Origin: Anaeromyxobacter sp.
GTDB taxonomy: Bacteria; Myxococcota; Myxococcia; Myxococcales; Anaeromyxobacteraceae
Length of the DNA stretch: 64,000 nt
Direction of reading: 5' to 3'
Assembly (NCBI GenBank): GCA_049840735.1
Contig: JASGJN010000012.1
Span: forward strand, 46,274-110,273
Below are positions 20,936-33,117 of the stretch, in pieces (within the stretch, counting starts at the first letter, position 1; every line of letters starts with the position of its first letter). Made by a program: the position numbers and the translations under genes. The notes below the pieces were generated by a model that did not search any database, was not told the origin of the DNA, and was given only the letters and a program-made list of their open reading frames with translations.

Positions 20936-21409
20936 TCAGCTCGGCCGCGGGTCCGCCCACTCCCAGATCAGGTGGCCGCCCTCGGCCAGGCTCTGCAGCA
21001 ACGCTGCGATGGCCTGCACGTCCACCTCCGGCGGCAGGTCGATGGCGACGATCTTCGGGCGCAGCACCTCGTGCGTGCACCCCATCTCGATGAGCCGCTC
21101 CAGCAGCTTCTGCATGGGGGCCGCGCGCAGGTCGATGCCGTCGTCGAGGGCCACGCGCAGGGTGCGGTGGCCGCCCTTCTCCAGCACCTCGTCGAGCAGC
21201 GGGGTGGCGCCGCCCTCCTCGGTCGCGCCCACGATGTCGTCGCGGGAGATGCCGTACGCGAAGAACGCGCTGGACTCGATGCGGTAGCGGCCGCTCCCCA
21301 GCGGCTCCCCCCACAGCCAGTCCTCCGCCGGTCCGCCCTCGTCCGTGCCCCGGTCCAGCGGCACGCGGATGCGGACCAGCCCCTCGGTCGTCTGGAGTTC
21401 GGTCGTCAT
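20936..21409 (-). CDS. DUF4265-like protein
   Basis: EDWLWGEPL..YRIESSAFFAYGISRDDIV, GGHRTLRV, AIDLPP. Confidence 0.75.
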   Translation of the reverse strand: MTTELQTTEGLVRIRVPLDRGTDEGGPAEDWLWGEPLGSGRYRIESSAFFAYGISRDDIVGATEEGGATPLLDEVLEKGGHRTLRVALDDGIDLRAAPMQKLLERLIEMGCTHEVLRPKIVAIDLPPEVDVQAIAALLQSLAEGGHLIWEWADPRPS

Positions 21410-21422
21410 CGACGACGCATAT

Positions 21423-22202
21423 CTACCTGGGACCGAGCCGCTCCGCGATGGCATCTGCCAGGGCCTGTCCAGTGTGTCGGTCCGGCAGGACCCCCACCGT
21501 AAGGCCGGCCCCACGCAGGGCCTCCGCCGTGGTCGGACCGATCGCTGCCACCACCGCCCGCTCCAGCAGCCGCCGATCGCCCAGCGCCGCCAGCACCGCC
21601 TCCACCGCCGAGGGCGAGGCGAAGGCGACCGCGTCCACGTCCCCCTCTCGCAGCCAGCCCTCCAGCGCCCGCAGCGCCTCCGGCGGGGCCGCCACCGTCC
21701 GGTAGGCCTCCACCGCCACCACCTCGGCGCCGGCGGCGCGCAGCCCGTCCACCAGCTCGGGCCGCCCCTCGGCCGGCCGCGGCACCAGCACCCGCCGCCC
21801 CGCCACCCGCGCGCCCAGCGCCGCCGCCAGCGCGGCGCCGGTGGCCTCCGCCGGCACCAGGTCCGGCGGCCGGACCGCCTCGGCCAGCCGCGCCGCCGTG
21901 GCCGGCCCCACCGCCGCCAGCGAGCGCGCGGCCAGGGCCGCCGGGGCGAGCCCGGCCGCGCCCAGCGCCTCGAGCGTGCGCTCCACCGCGGTGGCGCTGG
22001 CGAAGGCCACCCAGTCGAAGGCGGCCAGGTCCCCCAGCGCGGCGCGCAGCGGCGCCGGGTCGGCGGGGGGCCCGAAGGCGATGGCGGGGAGCGGGCGCAC
22101 CGCGGCGCCCAGGGCCGAGAGCCGCGCCGAGAGCGCGTCCGGCCCGCCCGCGGCGCGGGTCACCACCACCGTCCGGCCGTCGAGCCGGGGCGCCACCGTC
22201 AC
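21423..22202 (-). CDS. hemD: Uroporphyrinogen-III synthase
   Basis: [36 protein letters not shown]; follows hemC. Confidence 0.92.
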   Translation of the reverse strand: MTVAPRLDGRTVVVTRAAGGPDALSARLSALGAAVRPLPAIAFGPPADPAPLRAALGDLAAFDWVAFASATAVERTLEALGAAGLAPAALAARSLAAVGPATAARLAEAVRPPDLVPAEATGAALAAALGARVAGRRVLVPRPAEGRPELVDGLRAAGAEVVAVEAYRTVAAPPEALRALEGWLREGDVDAVAFASPSAVEAVLAALGDRRLLERAVVAAIGPTTAEALRGAGLTVGVLPDRHTGQALADAIAERLGPR

Positions 22203-23146
22203 TCCGGGCGGCGCGGCGCGGCCAGGCTGGTGGCGTGCGCCTCCGCCTCGCGCAGGATGGCGCCGGCGCCGCGCGCCAGCAGGTCCTCGGCCAGCTTCAC
22301 GCCCATGGCGCGCGCGCCGGCCACCGGGCCGGTGAGCTCGCCGCGGACCAGCTGCCCGCCGTCCACCGAGGCGACCAGCGCCCGGAGCGTCACCTGCCCG
22401 CCCGCCACGGTGGCGTGGCCGGCGATGGGGACCTGGCAGCCGCCCTCGATGCGCGCCAGGAAGCCGCGCTCGGCCTCGACGCGCACGCGGGTGTCGGCGT
22501 CGTCCAGCGCCGCCAGCCGGCGCAGCGTGTCGGGGTCGTCGGCGCGGGCCTCCAGCGCCAGCGCGCCCTGCGCCACCGCCGGGAGCATCTGCTCGGGCGG
22601 GAAGACGTAGGTGGCGTGCTCGGCCAGCCCCAGGCGGCGCAGGCCGGCGTAGGCCAGCACCACCGCGTCCAGCTCCTCCGACGCCTTGCGCAGGCGGGTC
22701 TCGACGTTGCCGCGGATCACCTCGATCCGGAGGTCCGGCCGCAGCGCCCTGAGCTGCGCGCCGCGGCGGAGGCTGGAGGTCCCCACCCGCGCGCCCTGCG
22801 GCAGCGCGTCGAGCGTCTTCCAGCGCGGCGAGCAGAGCGCGTCGCGCGGGTCCTCGCGCACCGGCACCGCGCCCACCACCAGCCCCTCGGCCAGCACCGC
22901 GGGCAGGTCCTTCATGGAGTGGACCGCCACCTCGGCGTCGCGGGCCAGCAGCGCGTCCTCGATCTCCTTCACGAAGAGCCCCTTGCCCCCCACCTGCGAG
23001 AGCGGGACCTCGAGGATCCGGTCGCCGCGGGTGACGAGCTCGTGCAGCCGGACCTCGAGCCCGGGCTCGCGGTCGCGGAGCAGGCCGGCGACGTGGTTCG
23101 CCTGCCACTTGGCGAGCGGGCTGCGGCGGGTGGCGATGCGGATCAT
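22199..23146 (-). CDS. hemC: Hydroxymethylbilane synthase
   Basis: [44 protein letters not shown]. Confidence 0.96.
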   Translation of the reverse strand: MIRIATRRSPLAKWQANHVAGLLRDREPGLEVRLHELVTRGDRILEVPLSQVGGKGLFVKEIEDALLARDAEVAVHSMKDLPAVLAEGLVVGAVPVREDPRDALCSPRWKTLDALPQGARVGTSSLRRGAQLRALRPDLRIEVIRGNVETRLRKASEELDAVVLAYAGLRRLGLAEHATYVFPPEQMLPAVAQGALALEARADDPDTLRRLAALDDADTRVRVEAERGFLARIEGGCQVPIAGHATVAGGQVTLRALVASVDGGQLVRGELTGPVAGARAMGVKLAEDLLARGAGAILREAEAHATSLAAPRRPE

Positions 23147-23193
23147 GCTGCGCTTCTCCTGGCCGGCGCGGGGCCGGGGTGGGGGTGCGAGGG

Positions 23194-24540
23194 TCAGCCG
23201 CGGGCGGGGCCGGCGGCGGTGCGGGACGGCTCGCCGTCCGGGGCGGGGGCGCTCCCGGCGGCGGGCGCGCCGGGGGCCGGGGTGGGCACGTCCTCGATGC
23301 CGAAGAGCTGGGCGGCGGCGCCGGGCAGGCCCGCGTCGCCGGAGGAGGCCGCCTCCTTGAGCCGGGCGGTGGGGCCGTGGAGCAGCTTGTTGACGATGGC
23401 CTGGGCCATGGCCTCGACGCTCTTGCGCCCCTTCTCGTCGAGGTGGCCGCCCACGGCGGCCAGCGTGCGCTCGGCCTCGGCGCGGGCGATGGCCTCGGCC
23501 TTCCTGCGCAGCTGCGCCAGCACCGGCAGCGCGGCGCGGGACTCGCGCTCCCGGGTGAAGGCCATCACCTCGGCCTCCACGATGGCCTCGGCGCGGATGG
23601 CCTCCGAGCGGCGGGCCTCGTGCGTGGCGGTGACCACGCGCTCCATGTCGTCCACGTCGTAGGCGTAGACGTCGCCCAGCGAGGCGCAGGCCGGGTCCAC
23701 GTTGCGCGGCACCGCCAGGTCGATGAGGCAGAGCGAGCGGTGCCTGCGGATGCTTCATGGCCGCCGCCACCATCTCGCGGGTGACCACGAAGGTCGGCGC
23801 GCCCGTGGAGACGATCACCACGTCCGCCTCGGTCAGCAGCCGCGGCAGCTCCTCCCAGGCGCGGAAGGCGCCGCCCACCTGCTCGGCCAGCGCCTGCCCG
23901 CGATCCCGGGAGCGGTTGCGCGACCAGGATCCGGTCGGCGCCCAGCCCGGCCAGCGCCTTGGCGGAGAGCGTGCCCATCTTGCCGGCCCCGGCCAGCAGC
24001 ACCGCGCGGCCGGCCAGGTCGCCGAAGATCTTCTTCACCAGCTCCACCGCCACCTGCGACATGGAGGTGATGCCCTGGCCGATCTCGGTCTCGGAGCGGA
24101 CGCGCTTGGCGGTGGCGAAGGCGCGGTTGCAGAGCCGGTCGAGGTAGCTGCCGGCGGAGCCCGCCGCGCTGGCCAGCCCGTAGGCCTCCTTCACCTGCCC
24201 CAGGATTCTGCTGCTCGCCCACCACCATCGAGTCGAGGCTGGCCGAGACGCGGAACAGGTGGCGCACCGCCTCCGCGCCGCGCTTCTCGTAGAGGTGCGC
24301 GTGGGCGCCCGGCGCGCGGCCGGTGAAGAACCGCCGGGCCGGCTCGACGTCCTCGGCGTGCACGAAGACCTCCACCCGGTTGCAGGTGGAGACCACCAGC
24401 GCCTCACCCACGCCGGCCTCGGCGCGCAGCGCCAGCAGCGCCTCCTTCAGCACGTCGCCGGCCAGCGCCACCCGCTCGCGCACCTCGATGGGCGCGCTCT
24501 TGTGCGAGAGGCCGACCAGGAAGAGCTCCCGTCCACTCAC
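23194..24540 (-). CDS. hemA: Glutamyl-tRNA reductase (frameshifts near 24205, 23915, 23745)
   Basis: [57 protein letters not shown]. Confidence 0.93.
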
Positions 24541-25388
24541 GGGGCGCCCCCGGCCTGGACGGTCCCGTAGTTCCCGGCGTGGCGCGTGGCGCCGGGGATG
24601 GCCTCCAGCGTGAGCATCGAGCCGGCCACGATTGCGAAGCCCACCAGCGTGAGCAGGGCGTAGCGGCGACCGTGCCAGCCGGTGCGCCGGAGGTGGACCA
24701 TGGCGCCGTAGAGCAGCCACACCAGCACCGAGATGACGAGGTGCGGATCCCAGGACCAGGCGCCCTCCCAGACCTTGCGGGCGGTGAGCGTCCCGAAGAG
24801 CAGCGCCACCGTGTAGAAGACCCAGCCGGCCCGGACCAGCCGCTGGTTGAGCCGGTCGAGCGTGTCGAGCGAGGGCAGGCGCGAGAAGAGGGCGCCGAAC
24901 CGCTTCCCCTTCACCTCGCGCTCCTGCAGCAGGTACATGATGGCCACGCCGAAGGCGATGCCGAACAGCGCCAGCGCCAGCCCCACCGCCGACACGTGCA
25001 CGAACACCGTGGGGGTCCGGAGCGTCTCCTCGGCGATGCCGGGCACGCCGGCGGTGCTGACCAGGGTGGGCAGCAGCACCACGCTCACCAGCGGCGCCAC
25101 GAAGGCGCCCAGCGTCGGCACGCGGTAGGCGCGGTGCACGACCAGGAAGGCGCCGGCCGCCATCCAGGTGGCGAAGATGGCGCCGCCGCGGAGGCTGAAG
25201 AACTCCCGGCCCCCGAACTCCGCGCACCCGACGCCGATGGCGACCGCGTGCACCAGGAAGGCCACCGCCAGGATCGAGAAGCCGGCCGTGGCCAGCCGCG
25301 CGTGGCGAGGCCGCGAGAAGTAGAGGACGTAGGCTGCCGACGCCGCCACGTAGAGGACCGTCGCGATCCGCAGGATGATGATGCTCAT
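24537..25388 (-). CDS. ccsA: Cytochrome c assembly protein (CcsA/HemX-like)
   Basis: Multi-[25 protein letters not shown]; upstream of hemA. Confidence 0.85.
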   Translation of the reverse strand: MSIIILRIATVLYVAASAAYVLYFSRPRHARLATAGFSILAVAFLVHAVAIGVGCAEFGGREFFSLRGGAIFATWMAAGAFLVVHRAYRVPTLGAFVAPLVSVVLLPTLVSTAGVPGIAEETLRTPTVFVHVSAVGLALALFGIAFGVAIMYLLQEREVKGKRFGALFSRLPSLDTLDRLNQRLVRAGWVFYTVALLFGTLTARKVWEGAWSWDPHLVISVLVWLLYGAMVHLRRTGWHGRRYALLTLVGFAIVAGSMLTLEAIPGATRHAGNYGTVQAGGAP

Positions 25389-25452
25389 GCTGGAAGCTCT
25401 CCGCGGCGCGGCGGCCAGCGGCCGCCCGCCTGATCGCCCGTCCGGGCGTGGC

Positions 25453-25977
25453 TCACGTCAGGTTCTCCAGGAGGAAACGGGCGAGGGCCTCGGCTTCCTT
25501 CCGCCGCTCCTCCAGCGCCCCGGGGAGCGGCGCCGCCGGGGCCGCCGCGACCGGCGCCGGGGCGGGCGTGGGGGCCGACGCCGGCGTGACCTCCGGGGGC
25601 GGCGCCTCCTCGGCCGGCGCGGGAGCGGCGGCGCGCGGCGCCTCCGGGCGGGCGCTCGCCGCGGCCTGCAGGGCCTCGCCCTCGGCCAGGAAGCCGGGCT
25701 GCACCTCGTAGCCGGTGTCGCCCATCAGGCAGGAGTCGTTGAACGGCTCCGCCCCCAGCTCGCGCAGCTGGGCGACGCTCTTCACCTTGTGGACCAGGCC
25801 GTGGGGATCCGCCTCCTCGCCCACCACGCGCAGGAAGCGGACCGCCGGCTCCAGGGCGTAGCGCCGCCCCTTCCCCTCGCCGGCGAGGAGCGCCATGACG
25901 TTGCGGTCCAGCTCGATTTTTCCCTGTTCCGCCCAGGTGTCCAGCATCGCCTGGGAGACGAAGAGGAGCCCGCCCAT
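25453..25977 (-). CDS. Hypothetical protein
   Basis: [43 protein letters not shown]. Confidence 0.75.
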   Translation of the reverse strand: MGGLLFVSQAMLDTWAEQGKIELDRNVMALLAGEGKGRRYALEPAVRFLRVVGEEADPHGLVHKVKSVAQLRELGAEPFNDSCLMGDTGYEVQPGFLAEGEALQAAASARPEAPRAAAPAPAEEAPPPEVTPASAPTPAPAPVAAAPAAPLPGALEERRKEAEALARFLLENLT

Positions 25978-26160
25978 GCCGCCTTCCGATCCCGCAAATT
26001 TCCAGCGCCGGGCCACGGGGACCATGTAGGCCTCGCCGCGGCAGCCGGTCGCAGAAGGTACCACGCCCGCCGCGCCGCTTGCCAGGGTTGGACCGCGCGG
26101 CTATGTAAGCGCGGCTTTGGCCCGGCTCATCCGCCCGGCGCCTCATCACAGGGAGCTTGC

Positions 26161-26499
26161 ATGGCCTCGTCCGACGTCGTCACCCTCAAGGACTCCACCT
26201 TCGAGCAGGAGGTCCTGAAGAGCGAGACCCCCGTGCTCGTCGACTTCTGGGCCGTGTGGTGCGGGCCCTGCAAGGCCATCGCGCCGCTGGTCGACGATTC
26301 GGCGGCCCGCTACAAGGGCAAGCTCAAGGTCGGCAAGATGGACGTCGACAACGAGCAGATGGTCGCGCAGCAGTTCGGGATCCGCTCCATCCCCACCCTG
26401 CTCATCTTCAAGGGCGGCCGCGTGGTGGACACGGTCATCGGCAGCGACGCCTCCAGCCGCATGAAGCTGGAGGAGGGCATCAAGAAGGTGGTCGGCTAG
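26161..26499 (+). CDS. trxA: Thioredoxin
   Basis: [19 protein letters not shown]. Confidence 0.96.
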   Translation: MASSDVVTLKDSTFEQEVLKSETPVLVDFWAVWCGPCKAIAPLVDDSAARYKGKLKVGKMDVDNEQMVAQQFGIRSIPTLLIFKGGRVVDTVIGSDASSRMKLEEGIKKVVG

Positions 26500-26527
26500 C
26501 CCGCCCGCCTCCTCGCGCAGCGCCCGG

Positions 26528-26552
26528 CGCCACGGCCTCCCCGGCCGTGGCG
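26528..26552. terminator. Hairpin between convergent trxA and rodA
   Basis: CGCCACGGCC-TCCCC-GGCCGTGGCG, perfect 10-bp stem. Confidence 0.5.
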
Positions 26553-26565
26553 TTCGCGTCTGCGA

Positions 26566-27682
26566 TCAGTTCACGAAGCGTCGCATGCCGATGTTCGCGA
26601 GCAGGCCGAGGCCGGTGTAGATGACCACCACGCTGGAGCCGCCGTAGCTCATGAGCGGCAGGGTCACGCCCACGACGGGCAGGAGCCCGGTCACCATCCC
26701 GGTGTTGATGAACACCTGCCAGAAGAGCATCCCTATGATGCCCACCGCCAGGAAGCTCCCGAAGCGGTCGCGGGCCGCCCCGGCGATGTCCAGCGCGCTG
26801 GTGAGCAGGCCCAGGTAGAGCAGGAGCAGCAGCGCGCAGCCGAGGAAGCCGTGCTCCTCGGCGAAGACCGAGAAGATGAAGTCGGTGTGCTGCTCGGGCA
26901 GGTAGGAGAGGTTGGTCTGGGTCCCCTTGTTCCAGCCCTTCCCCGTCCCCTGCCCCGAGCCCACCGCGATCATCGACTGGCGCGCGTGGTAGCCCGCCCC
27001 CTTGGCGTCCGCCTCGGGGTTGAGGAACGTCTCGACGCGCTTCTTCTGGTAGGGCTTGAGGTGCGGGTAGACCAGCACCCCGCCGCCCACGGCGATCCCC
27101 ACCAGCAGCGCCAGCGTCTTCCAGCGCACGCGGGCGAAGAGGATTCTGCGTGCAGCCCACCGAGATGACGATCAGGGAGGTCCCCAGGTCCGGCTGCTTG
27201 AGGACCAGCACCGCGGGCAGGAGCGTGATGCCCAGCGGGATCATGATGCCGAACAGGCCGTAGCCGTCCTTGCGGCGGTCGGCGTCCCCGGCCAGGAAGC
27301 TGGCCATCGCCAGCGCCACCGAGATCTTGGCCAGCTCGGAGGGCTGGAAGTTGACCGGGCCGAAGCGCAGCCAGCGCCGGGCGCCCATCACGTTGGTGCC
27401 CTTGAGCAGCACCATGACGAGCAGGATCAGCACCACGACGTAGAAGACCCAGGCCAGGCGGTGGAAGCTCCGGTAGTCGACCAGCGCCACCGAGAGCGCC
27501 ACCAGCGCCCCCGCGCCCATCCACCAGGCCTGCGCCTTCCAGGTGCCCTCGAGGTGCGCGGCCGAGGCCAGGTTCCAGATGCCCACGCAGGAGATGGCCA
27601 GGACGATGAAGGCCAGGTGCCACGGGAAGTGGGCGAAGAGCCGCCGGTGCGGCGTGGTCGCGAGCGAGACGTCAGGCGCCAC
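26566..27682 (-). CDS. rodA: Rod shape-determining protein RodA (frameshift near 27144)
   Basis: GARRW, FQPSELAK, QPDLGT, LPEQHTDFIF, GVTLPLMSYGGSS. Confidence 0.94.
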
Positions 27683-30014
27683 GGGGCGCTCCTCCGGCGG
27701 CCGGGCCGCCTGCGCCGGTGCTCTCGTCCGGCAAGGCCGGCGCCGGCTCGACCGGAGCGGGCGGGACCGGCTCCGGGGCTGCGGGGGACGGCGCGGGCAC
27801 CACCGCGGGCGCCGGTGCGGGGGTCGCCTCGAGCGGCGCGGGGGACGTGGCGGGCAGGACCGCCCTGGCAGGCTTCGCGGCGGGCCGGGGGGCCGGCGCG
27901 GCGCCGTCCCTGGGGGGCGCGCCCGGCGCACCCGGCGCGGCGGCCGCGGGGGCGCGGGCGGCGCCGGGCGCGGGGGCGCGGGCGGCGCCGGGCGCGGTGG
28001 CCGTGGCGGCCGGGATCGCCGCGGCGGGCGCGGCGACGGCCGCCCTGGCCGCGCCGGGCGCCCCGGCGGCCGCGGACGGCGCGGGCGCGAAGGGCGAGGG
28101 CTGGCCGGCGTCGAGCGCCTTCAGCTCGAGGTACTTCTTGATGAGCGCCACCGCGGTCGGGGCGGCGTTGGTGGAGCCGAAGCCGGAGTGCTCGTTCAGC
28201 ACCACCACCACGATCTCCGGGTCCTCCGCCGGGGCGAAGGCCGCGAACCAGGCATGGTCGCGCTCGAAGTAGGGCACCGCCTCGGCCCTGAGCCGCTTGG
28301 CGCCGAGCTTCACCACCTGCGCGGTGCCGGTCTTGCCGGCCAGGACGACCTCCTTCACGCGCTGGCCGTAGGCGGTGCCGTACGGCTGGTTCACGGCCGC
28401 CAGGAGCCCCTTCATGACGGCGTCGCGGGTGGACTTCTTGATCTCGAACCTCGAGCGCGGGTCGGGGGCGAACTCCTTCAGCACCTTGCCGTCGGCGTCC
28501 TCGATCCGCTGCACCACCTGCGGCCGCCAGACCGTGCCCGAGGCGATGGCCCCGTAGAACACCGCCTGCTGCATGGGCGTGACGTTCACGTCGCCCTGCC
28601 CGATGGACAGGTTGACCGCCATGCCCTTCTGGTAGCCGCCGGCCTGGTGCTTGTCGTGCCAGGCGACGTCCGGGATCACGCCCGGCACCTCGCCCGGGAT
28701 GTCGAACCCGGTCGGCTGGCCCAGGCCGCCCTTGCGCGCCCACCGGGCCATGCTGTCCGCGCCGAGCTGCGCGCCCAGCGAGTAGTAGAAGACGTCGCAG
28801 CTCGCGCCCAGCGCGTGCTCGAAGTCCACCCAGCCGTGCCCCGCCTCCTTGTCGCAGCGCCAGCGGGCCCGGCCCATCTGGAAGTGGCCGGGGCAGTAGA
28901 TGGTCGTGCCAGGGTGGGCCACGCCCTCCTCCAGGGCGGCGATGGAGGTGAGCGCCTTGTAGGTCGAGCCCGGGTGGTAGTGCTGCTGGATGGCGCGGAA
29001 GAGCTCCGGCTGGAGCGGGTCGGAGTGGATGGCGGCCAGCTCGGCGGAGGTGATGCGCCCGGACATCTTGTTGGGGTCCGGCGACGGCCGGTCCACCAGC
29101 ACCAGCAGGAAGCCGGTGCGCAGGTCCATGGCCACCACCGCGCCGGCGGTGGCCGGGAAGGTCTTCTCCGCGAACTCCTGCAGCCGCCAGTCGAGCGAGA
29201 GGACCAGGTTGTTGCCCGGCTTGCTCTGGACCAGCCGGTACTCCTCGGGGATGAGCGACTCGGCCTCCGGCTTGCGGCGCCCCTTGGCGTCCACCGGCAC
29301 GCGCTCCGCGCCGTCGGTGCCGCGCAGGAACGGCTCGAAGCGGTACTCGAGGCCGCGCCGGCCCACGTAGTCGCCCAGCTGGTAGAGCGGCTGGCCGCTG
29401 CCGCCCTTGCGCAGCCCGTCGTTGTAGCGCTTGAGCTCGTCGTCCCCGACCTCGTTCATGTAGCCGATGAGGTGCCCGCCCAGCGGGCCGTAGCGGTAGT
29501 GGCGGTGCGGGGTGGGCTGGACGTCCACGCCGGGGAGATCGCCCTGCTGGGCGAGGAAGCGGTCCAGCTCCTCGCGCGAGATGTCCACCTTGATGGTGAA
29601 CGGCTTGAACCAGGCCTGCCGCACGCGGACGATGGGCAGCTGCGCCTTGGCGCGCGCCACCTCCTCCGGCGCCATCGACACCACCGCGGCGGCCCGGTCG
29701 AGCACGTCCAGGCAGGCGTCCTTGCCCTTGCCGCAGAAGGCCGGCGTGAGGGTCACGTCGTAGGACGGCCGCGAGTCCACCAGCACCTTGCGATTCCGGT
29801 CCACGATGAGGCCGCGGTCGGCCGGGATCCGGAGCTCCTTGAAGGAGTTCTCGGTCGCCTGCTCGAGGTAGTCCTCGCCGTGGAGGATCTGCAGGTAGTA
29901 GAGGCGCCCGATCAGCGTGAGGACGGCGAGCACCACCACCCCGGTCGCCCAGAACAGGCGAGGCCGGAAGTCCTTCTGCGCCGCACCGGGCGCGCTGGGT
30001 GGGATGAGGGACAT
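27672..30014 (-). CDS. mrdA: Penicillin-binding protein 2 with Ala/Pro-rich tail
   Basis: RGLIVDRN, PGSTYK (SxxK), SCDVFYY, KTGTAQ. Confidence 0.95.
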   Translation of the reverse strand: MSLIPPSAPGAAQKDFRPRLFWATGVVVLAVLTLIGRLYYLQILHGEDYLEQATENSFKELRIPADRGLIVDRNRKVLVDSRPSYDVTLTPAFCGKGKDACLDVLDRAAAVVSMAPEEVARAKAQLPIVRVRQAWFKPFTIKVDISREELDRFLAQQGDLPGVDVQPTPHRHYRYGPLGGHLIGYMNEVGDDELKRYNDGLRKGGSGQPLYQLGDYVGRRGLEYRFEPFLRGTDGAERVPVDAKGRRKPEAESLIPEEYRLVQSKPGNNLVLSLDWRLQEFAEKTFPATAGAVVAMDLRTGFLLVLVDRPSPDPNKMSGRITSAELAAIHSDPLQPELFRAIQQHYHPGSTYKALTSIAALEEGVAHPGTTIYCPGHFQMGRARWRCDKEAGHGWVDFEHALGASCDVFYYSLGAQLGADSMARWARKGGLGQPTGFDIPGEVPGVIPDVAWHDKHQAGGYQKGMAVNLSIGQGDVNVTPMQQAVFYGAIASGTVWRPQVVQRIEDADGKVLKEFAPDPRSRFEIKKSTRDAVMKGLLAAVNQPYGTAYGQRVKEVVLAGKTGTAQVVKLGAKRLRAEAVPYFERDHAWFAAFAPAEDPEIVVVVLNEHSGFGSTNAAPTAVALIKKYLELKALDAGQPSPFAPAPSAAAGAPGAARAAVAAPAAAIPAATATAPGAARAPAPGAARAPAAAAPGAPGAPPRDGAAPAPRPAAKPARAVLPATSPAPLEATPAPAPAVVPAPSPAAPEPVPPAPVEPAPALPDESTGAGGPAAGGAPRGA

Positions 30015-30015
30015 G

Positions 30016-30525
30016 TCAGCGGAGGAGGCCGGGCTCCTCGCGGTGGAACATGCGATCGATGCGGCGCATGCCCGCGAGCACCAGCGGGGAGACGGCGGCG
30101 GTGAGGAGGGCCTCCATCAGCATGCGGGGCAGCAGGGCGGCCCCCGGCATGGCCTCGTCGGGAGAGGTGAGGCGGAGGAGCACCAGCGCCCCCACCGACA
30201 GGAGCAGCGTGCCCACCAGCGTCAGCGCGGCGAAGGCGGCGCGCGCCCGCACGTCCACGGCGGCGTTGATGGCGCGCACCGTGAGGAAGAGCGCCACGGA
30301 GAGGAACGTCATGAGCCCCTTGGGCGACCCCGTCACCAGGTCCAGCACGTAGCCCACCCCCGCCGCGCCCACCGAGCCGTCCACGTTCCCGCCGTGCAGC
30401 CCCAGGTAGACCACGCAGGCCACCGGCAGCAGCAGCGACACGGTGCCGCCCCCGCACCAGCGGAGCACGGCGGCCTGCAGGGCCGCCAGCAGCAGCGCGA
30501 AGATCACGTGCGCCAGCGGCTTCAC
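30016..30525 (-). CDS. mreD: Rod shape-determining protein MreD-like
   Basis: Hydrophobic 169 aa with GYVLDL..G; lies between mreC and mrdA. Confidence 0.75.
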   Translation of the reverse strand: MKPLAHVIFALLLAALQAAVLRWCGGGTVSLLLPVACVVYLGLHGGNVDGSVGAAGVGYVLDLVTGSPKGLMTFLSVALFLTVRAINAAVDVRARAAFAALTLVGTLLLSVGALVLLRLTSPDEAMPGAALLPRMLMEALLTAAVSPLVLAGMRRIDRMFHREEPGLLR

Positions 30526-31406
30526 GGTCGCCCGCCCGGCGCGAGCACTGCGGGGTCGGCCTCCGGCTCGAGCTCCTGGGCCTCCCAGGCGGTGACGACC
30601 AGCACCTCCTCCACCCGCGTCACGTCCACCGCCGGGACGACCTGCGCCTCCTGGAAGAGGCCGTTGGCGTTGCGGCGCAGCTGCGTCACGCGGCCGACCG
30701 GCAGGCCGCGCGGGAAGACGCGGTCGGTGCCGGAGGTGACCAGCTCGTCACCCTCGGTCATGTCCTCGGTGCGGAGCGCGAACTCCAGCTTGGCCGCGTC
30801 GGGCTTGCCCAGGCCGCGGACGTTGGCTCGCGCGCGGGTCCGCTCCACCCGGACCGCGATGGAGCTGTTGCGGTCGGTGACCACCATCACGTCGGCGGTG
30901 GTGGGGGACACGGCCTGCACGCGCCCCACCACGCCCTCGGCCACCACCACCGGCATGAGCCGCTGGACGCCGTCGGCGGTGCCGCGGTCGAGCGTGAGCA
31001 GCTGCAGCCCGGTGGGCGAGAGCTGGACGCCGATGACGCGCGCGCCCAGGTAGGTCCGCCCCTGCGTGCGGCTGGAGAAGGCGAGGAGCTTGCGCAGCCG
31101 CTCCGCCTCGGCGCGATCCTGCAGCAGCTGCTGCCGCTCCATCTTGAGGTCGTTGACCTCGCGGTTGAGCGTCATGGCGCGCGCGTGCGCGCCGCGCAGC
31201 CCCACGTAGCCGGACCAGGCGTCGAGCACGCCGGTCACGGCCCACGCCACGCCCTTCTCCACCGGGCTGGTGACCCACAGCACGGCGCGGTCCAACGCCG
31301 AGCGCTCGCTCGGACGTTTGGCGTGCGCGAAGTAGACCCCCAGTGGCACGAGGAGCAGGACCGCGACGAGGATCAACTCGCGGTACCGCTTGAGCAGAGA
31401 AAGCAC
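30522..31406 (-). CDS. mreC: Rod shape-determining protein MreC
   Basis: TM plus coiled coil; LDRGTADGV, GVVGRV, LVTSG..FPRGLPVG. Confidence 0.93.
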   Translation of the reverse strand: MLSLLKRYRELILVAVLLLVPLGVYFAHAKRPSERSALDRAVLWVTSPVEKGVAWAVTGVLDAWSGYVGLRGAHARAMTLNREVNDLKMERQQLLQDRAEAERLRKLLAFSSRTQGRTYLGARVIGVQLSPTGLQLLTLDRGTADGVQRLMPVVVAEGVVGRVQAVSPTTADVMVVTDRNSSIAVRVERTRARANVRGLGKPDAAKLEFALRTEDMTEGDELVTSGTDRVFPRGLPVGRVTQLRRNANGLFQEAQVVPAVDVTRVEEVLVVTAWEAQELEPEADPAVLAPGGRP

Positions 31407-31534
31407 GGTGTGTCCGGGGCCTCCAGCGGGGGCAAATTCCCTTGCATTTTAGCGCCTCTTGCGTAGGGTGTTCAACCTCGCGGCGCTCGCCCCTTCGCAG
31501 GGCGCCCCCTACAACAACCCGGAGCACCGGTTCC

Positions 31535-33103
31535 ATGCTCGATCGTCTTCGTGCCGGCAAGCAGGGCATCCTGGCCTGGCTCGTCATCGGCGGCATCATC
31601 GTCACCTTCGTCCTGTTCTTCGGCCCTGGCTCGTTCGGCAAGGATTCCGCCGCCTGTGGCGGTGGGCCGGCCTACGCCGCGCGGGTGAACGGCCGGACCG
31701 TCCAGGTGGAGGCCTACTCCCGCCGCTACGACGCCCTGTTCCGCATGGCCGACCGGCAGTTCGGCGGCAGGCTGACCCGGGATCTGGCCGACCAGATCGG
31801 CCTCAACAAGCAGGCCATGGACGCCGTGGTGGACGAGGAGCTCCTGTCGCAGGAGGCCGAGCGCCGCGGCATCCAGGTGACCGACGAGGAGCTCGGGCAG
31901 GTCATCGGCGCCGACCCCACCTTCCAGGAGAACGGCGCCTACAGCCCCGACGCGTACCGCCGGTGGGCCGACGAGAACTACGGCTCCCGCGCCCGCTTCG
32001 AGACCATCCTGCGGGCCCAGCTGCTCTCCCAGAAGCTCGAGGCCGCCTTCGAGGAGACGGTGAAGGTCTCCCCGACGGAGGTGCGTGAGCGGTGGGAGAT
32101 GTACTCCAACCGCGCCGAGCTGACCTACGTGCTCTTCCCGACCACCGGCGCCCGCGGCGACGTGAAGGTGACGGACGAGGACGTGAAGGCGTTCCAGGGG
32201 CGCGAGGCGGCCCGCATCGAGGCCTTCTACAAGGAGCACCCGGAGCGCTTCGACCAGAAGAAGAAGGTCCGCGTCCGGCACGTGCTGGCCCGCATCGACG
32301 GCACGCAGGACGAGGCCGCGGCCCGCAAGAAGATCGACCAGGCCCATGAGCGGCTCGCCAAGGGCGAGGCCTTCGAGAAGGTGGCGGCGGCGCTGTCCGA
32401 CGACACCAACACCAAGGATTGCGGCGGCGACCTGGGCCTGATCGCCGAAGGGCTGGCGGACGAGGCCTTCATGAAGGCGGCCCTGGCGCTCGAGCCCGGC
32501 AAGGTGTCGGACCCGGTCCGCACCGCCTTCGGCTGGGACGTGCTGCGGGTGGACGAGGTCATCCCGGCCCGCCAGCTCACGCTCGACCAGGCCCGCCCCG
32601 AGATTGCCCGCGAGCTGCTCACCGACGAGCGCGCCGCGGCGGTGGTGAAGGAGAAGGCCCAGGCCGCCCTGGCGGGCGCCAAGGGCGGCAAGGCCCTGAC
32701 CGCGCTCTACCCCGCGGACGAGAAGGCGGCCCAGAAGCTGGGCGGCCAGCCGCTGGTGTCCAAGGACTCGGGCCAGTTCTCGACCGCCCTCCCCTACATC
32801 CCGGGCCTGGGCGAGCACGCCGACCTGGTCAAGGACGTGGCCGCCGCCAACGCCGGCGACGTGCTGCCCAAGGTCTACGAGACCCCCGCCGGCGCCCTCG
32901 TGGCCCAGGTCAAGACCCGCGAGCGGCCGGACCAGGCCAAGTTCGTGGAGGCCCAGCCCCAGGTGACGCTGCGGCTGCGCGAGGAGAAGGCCGGCCAGCT
33001 GCGCCGCGCCTGGCTGCAGGAGCTGCGCGCCAAGGCCACCATCGACGAGAACCCGCAGCTGGTGGCCGCCGCGGCGCCCGTCCAGCCGCCCGTCGAGCAG
33101 TAG
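31535..33103 (+). CDS. SurA N-terminal / parvulin peptidyl-prolyl isomerase (PpiD-like)
   Basis: N-terminal [28 protein letters not shown]. Confidence 0.88.
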   Translation: MLDRLRAGKQGILAWLVIGGIIVTFVLFFGPGSFGKDSAACGGGPAYAARVNGRTVQVEAYSRRYDALFRMADRQFGGRLTRDLADQIGLNKQAMDAVVDEELLSQEAERRGIQVTDEELGQVIGADPTFQENGAYSPDAYRRWADENYGSRARFETILRAQLLSQKLEAAFEETVKVSPTEVRERWEMYSNRAELTYVLFPTTGARGDVKVTDEDVKAFQGREAARIEAFYKEHPERFDQKKKVRVRHVLARIDGTQDEAAARKKIDQAHERLAKGEAFEKVAAALSDDTNTKDCGGDLGLIAEGLADEAFMKAALALEPGKVSDPVRTAFGWDVLRVDEVIPARQLTLDQARPEIARELLTDERAAAVVKEKAQAALAGAKGGKALTALYPADEKAAQKLGGQPLVSKDSGQFSTALPYIPGLGEHADLVKDVAAANAGDVLPKVYETPAGALVAQVKTRERPDQAKFVEAQPQVTLRLREEKAGQLRRAWLQELRAKATIDENPQLVAAAAPVQPPVEQ

Positions 33104-33117
33104 CGGTCGCCGCCGGC

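Noticed and set aside
30522..31535. mreB missing upstream of mreCD
   Set aside because: Separation of mreB from mreCD-mrdA-rodA is, as I recall, already known in myxobacteria.
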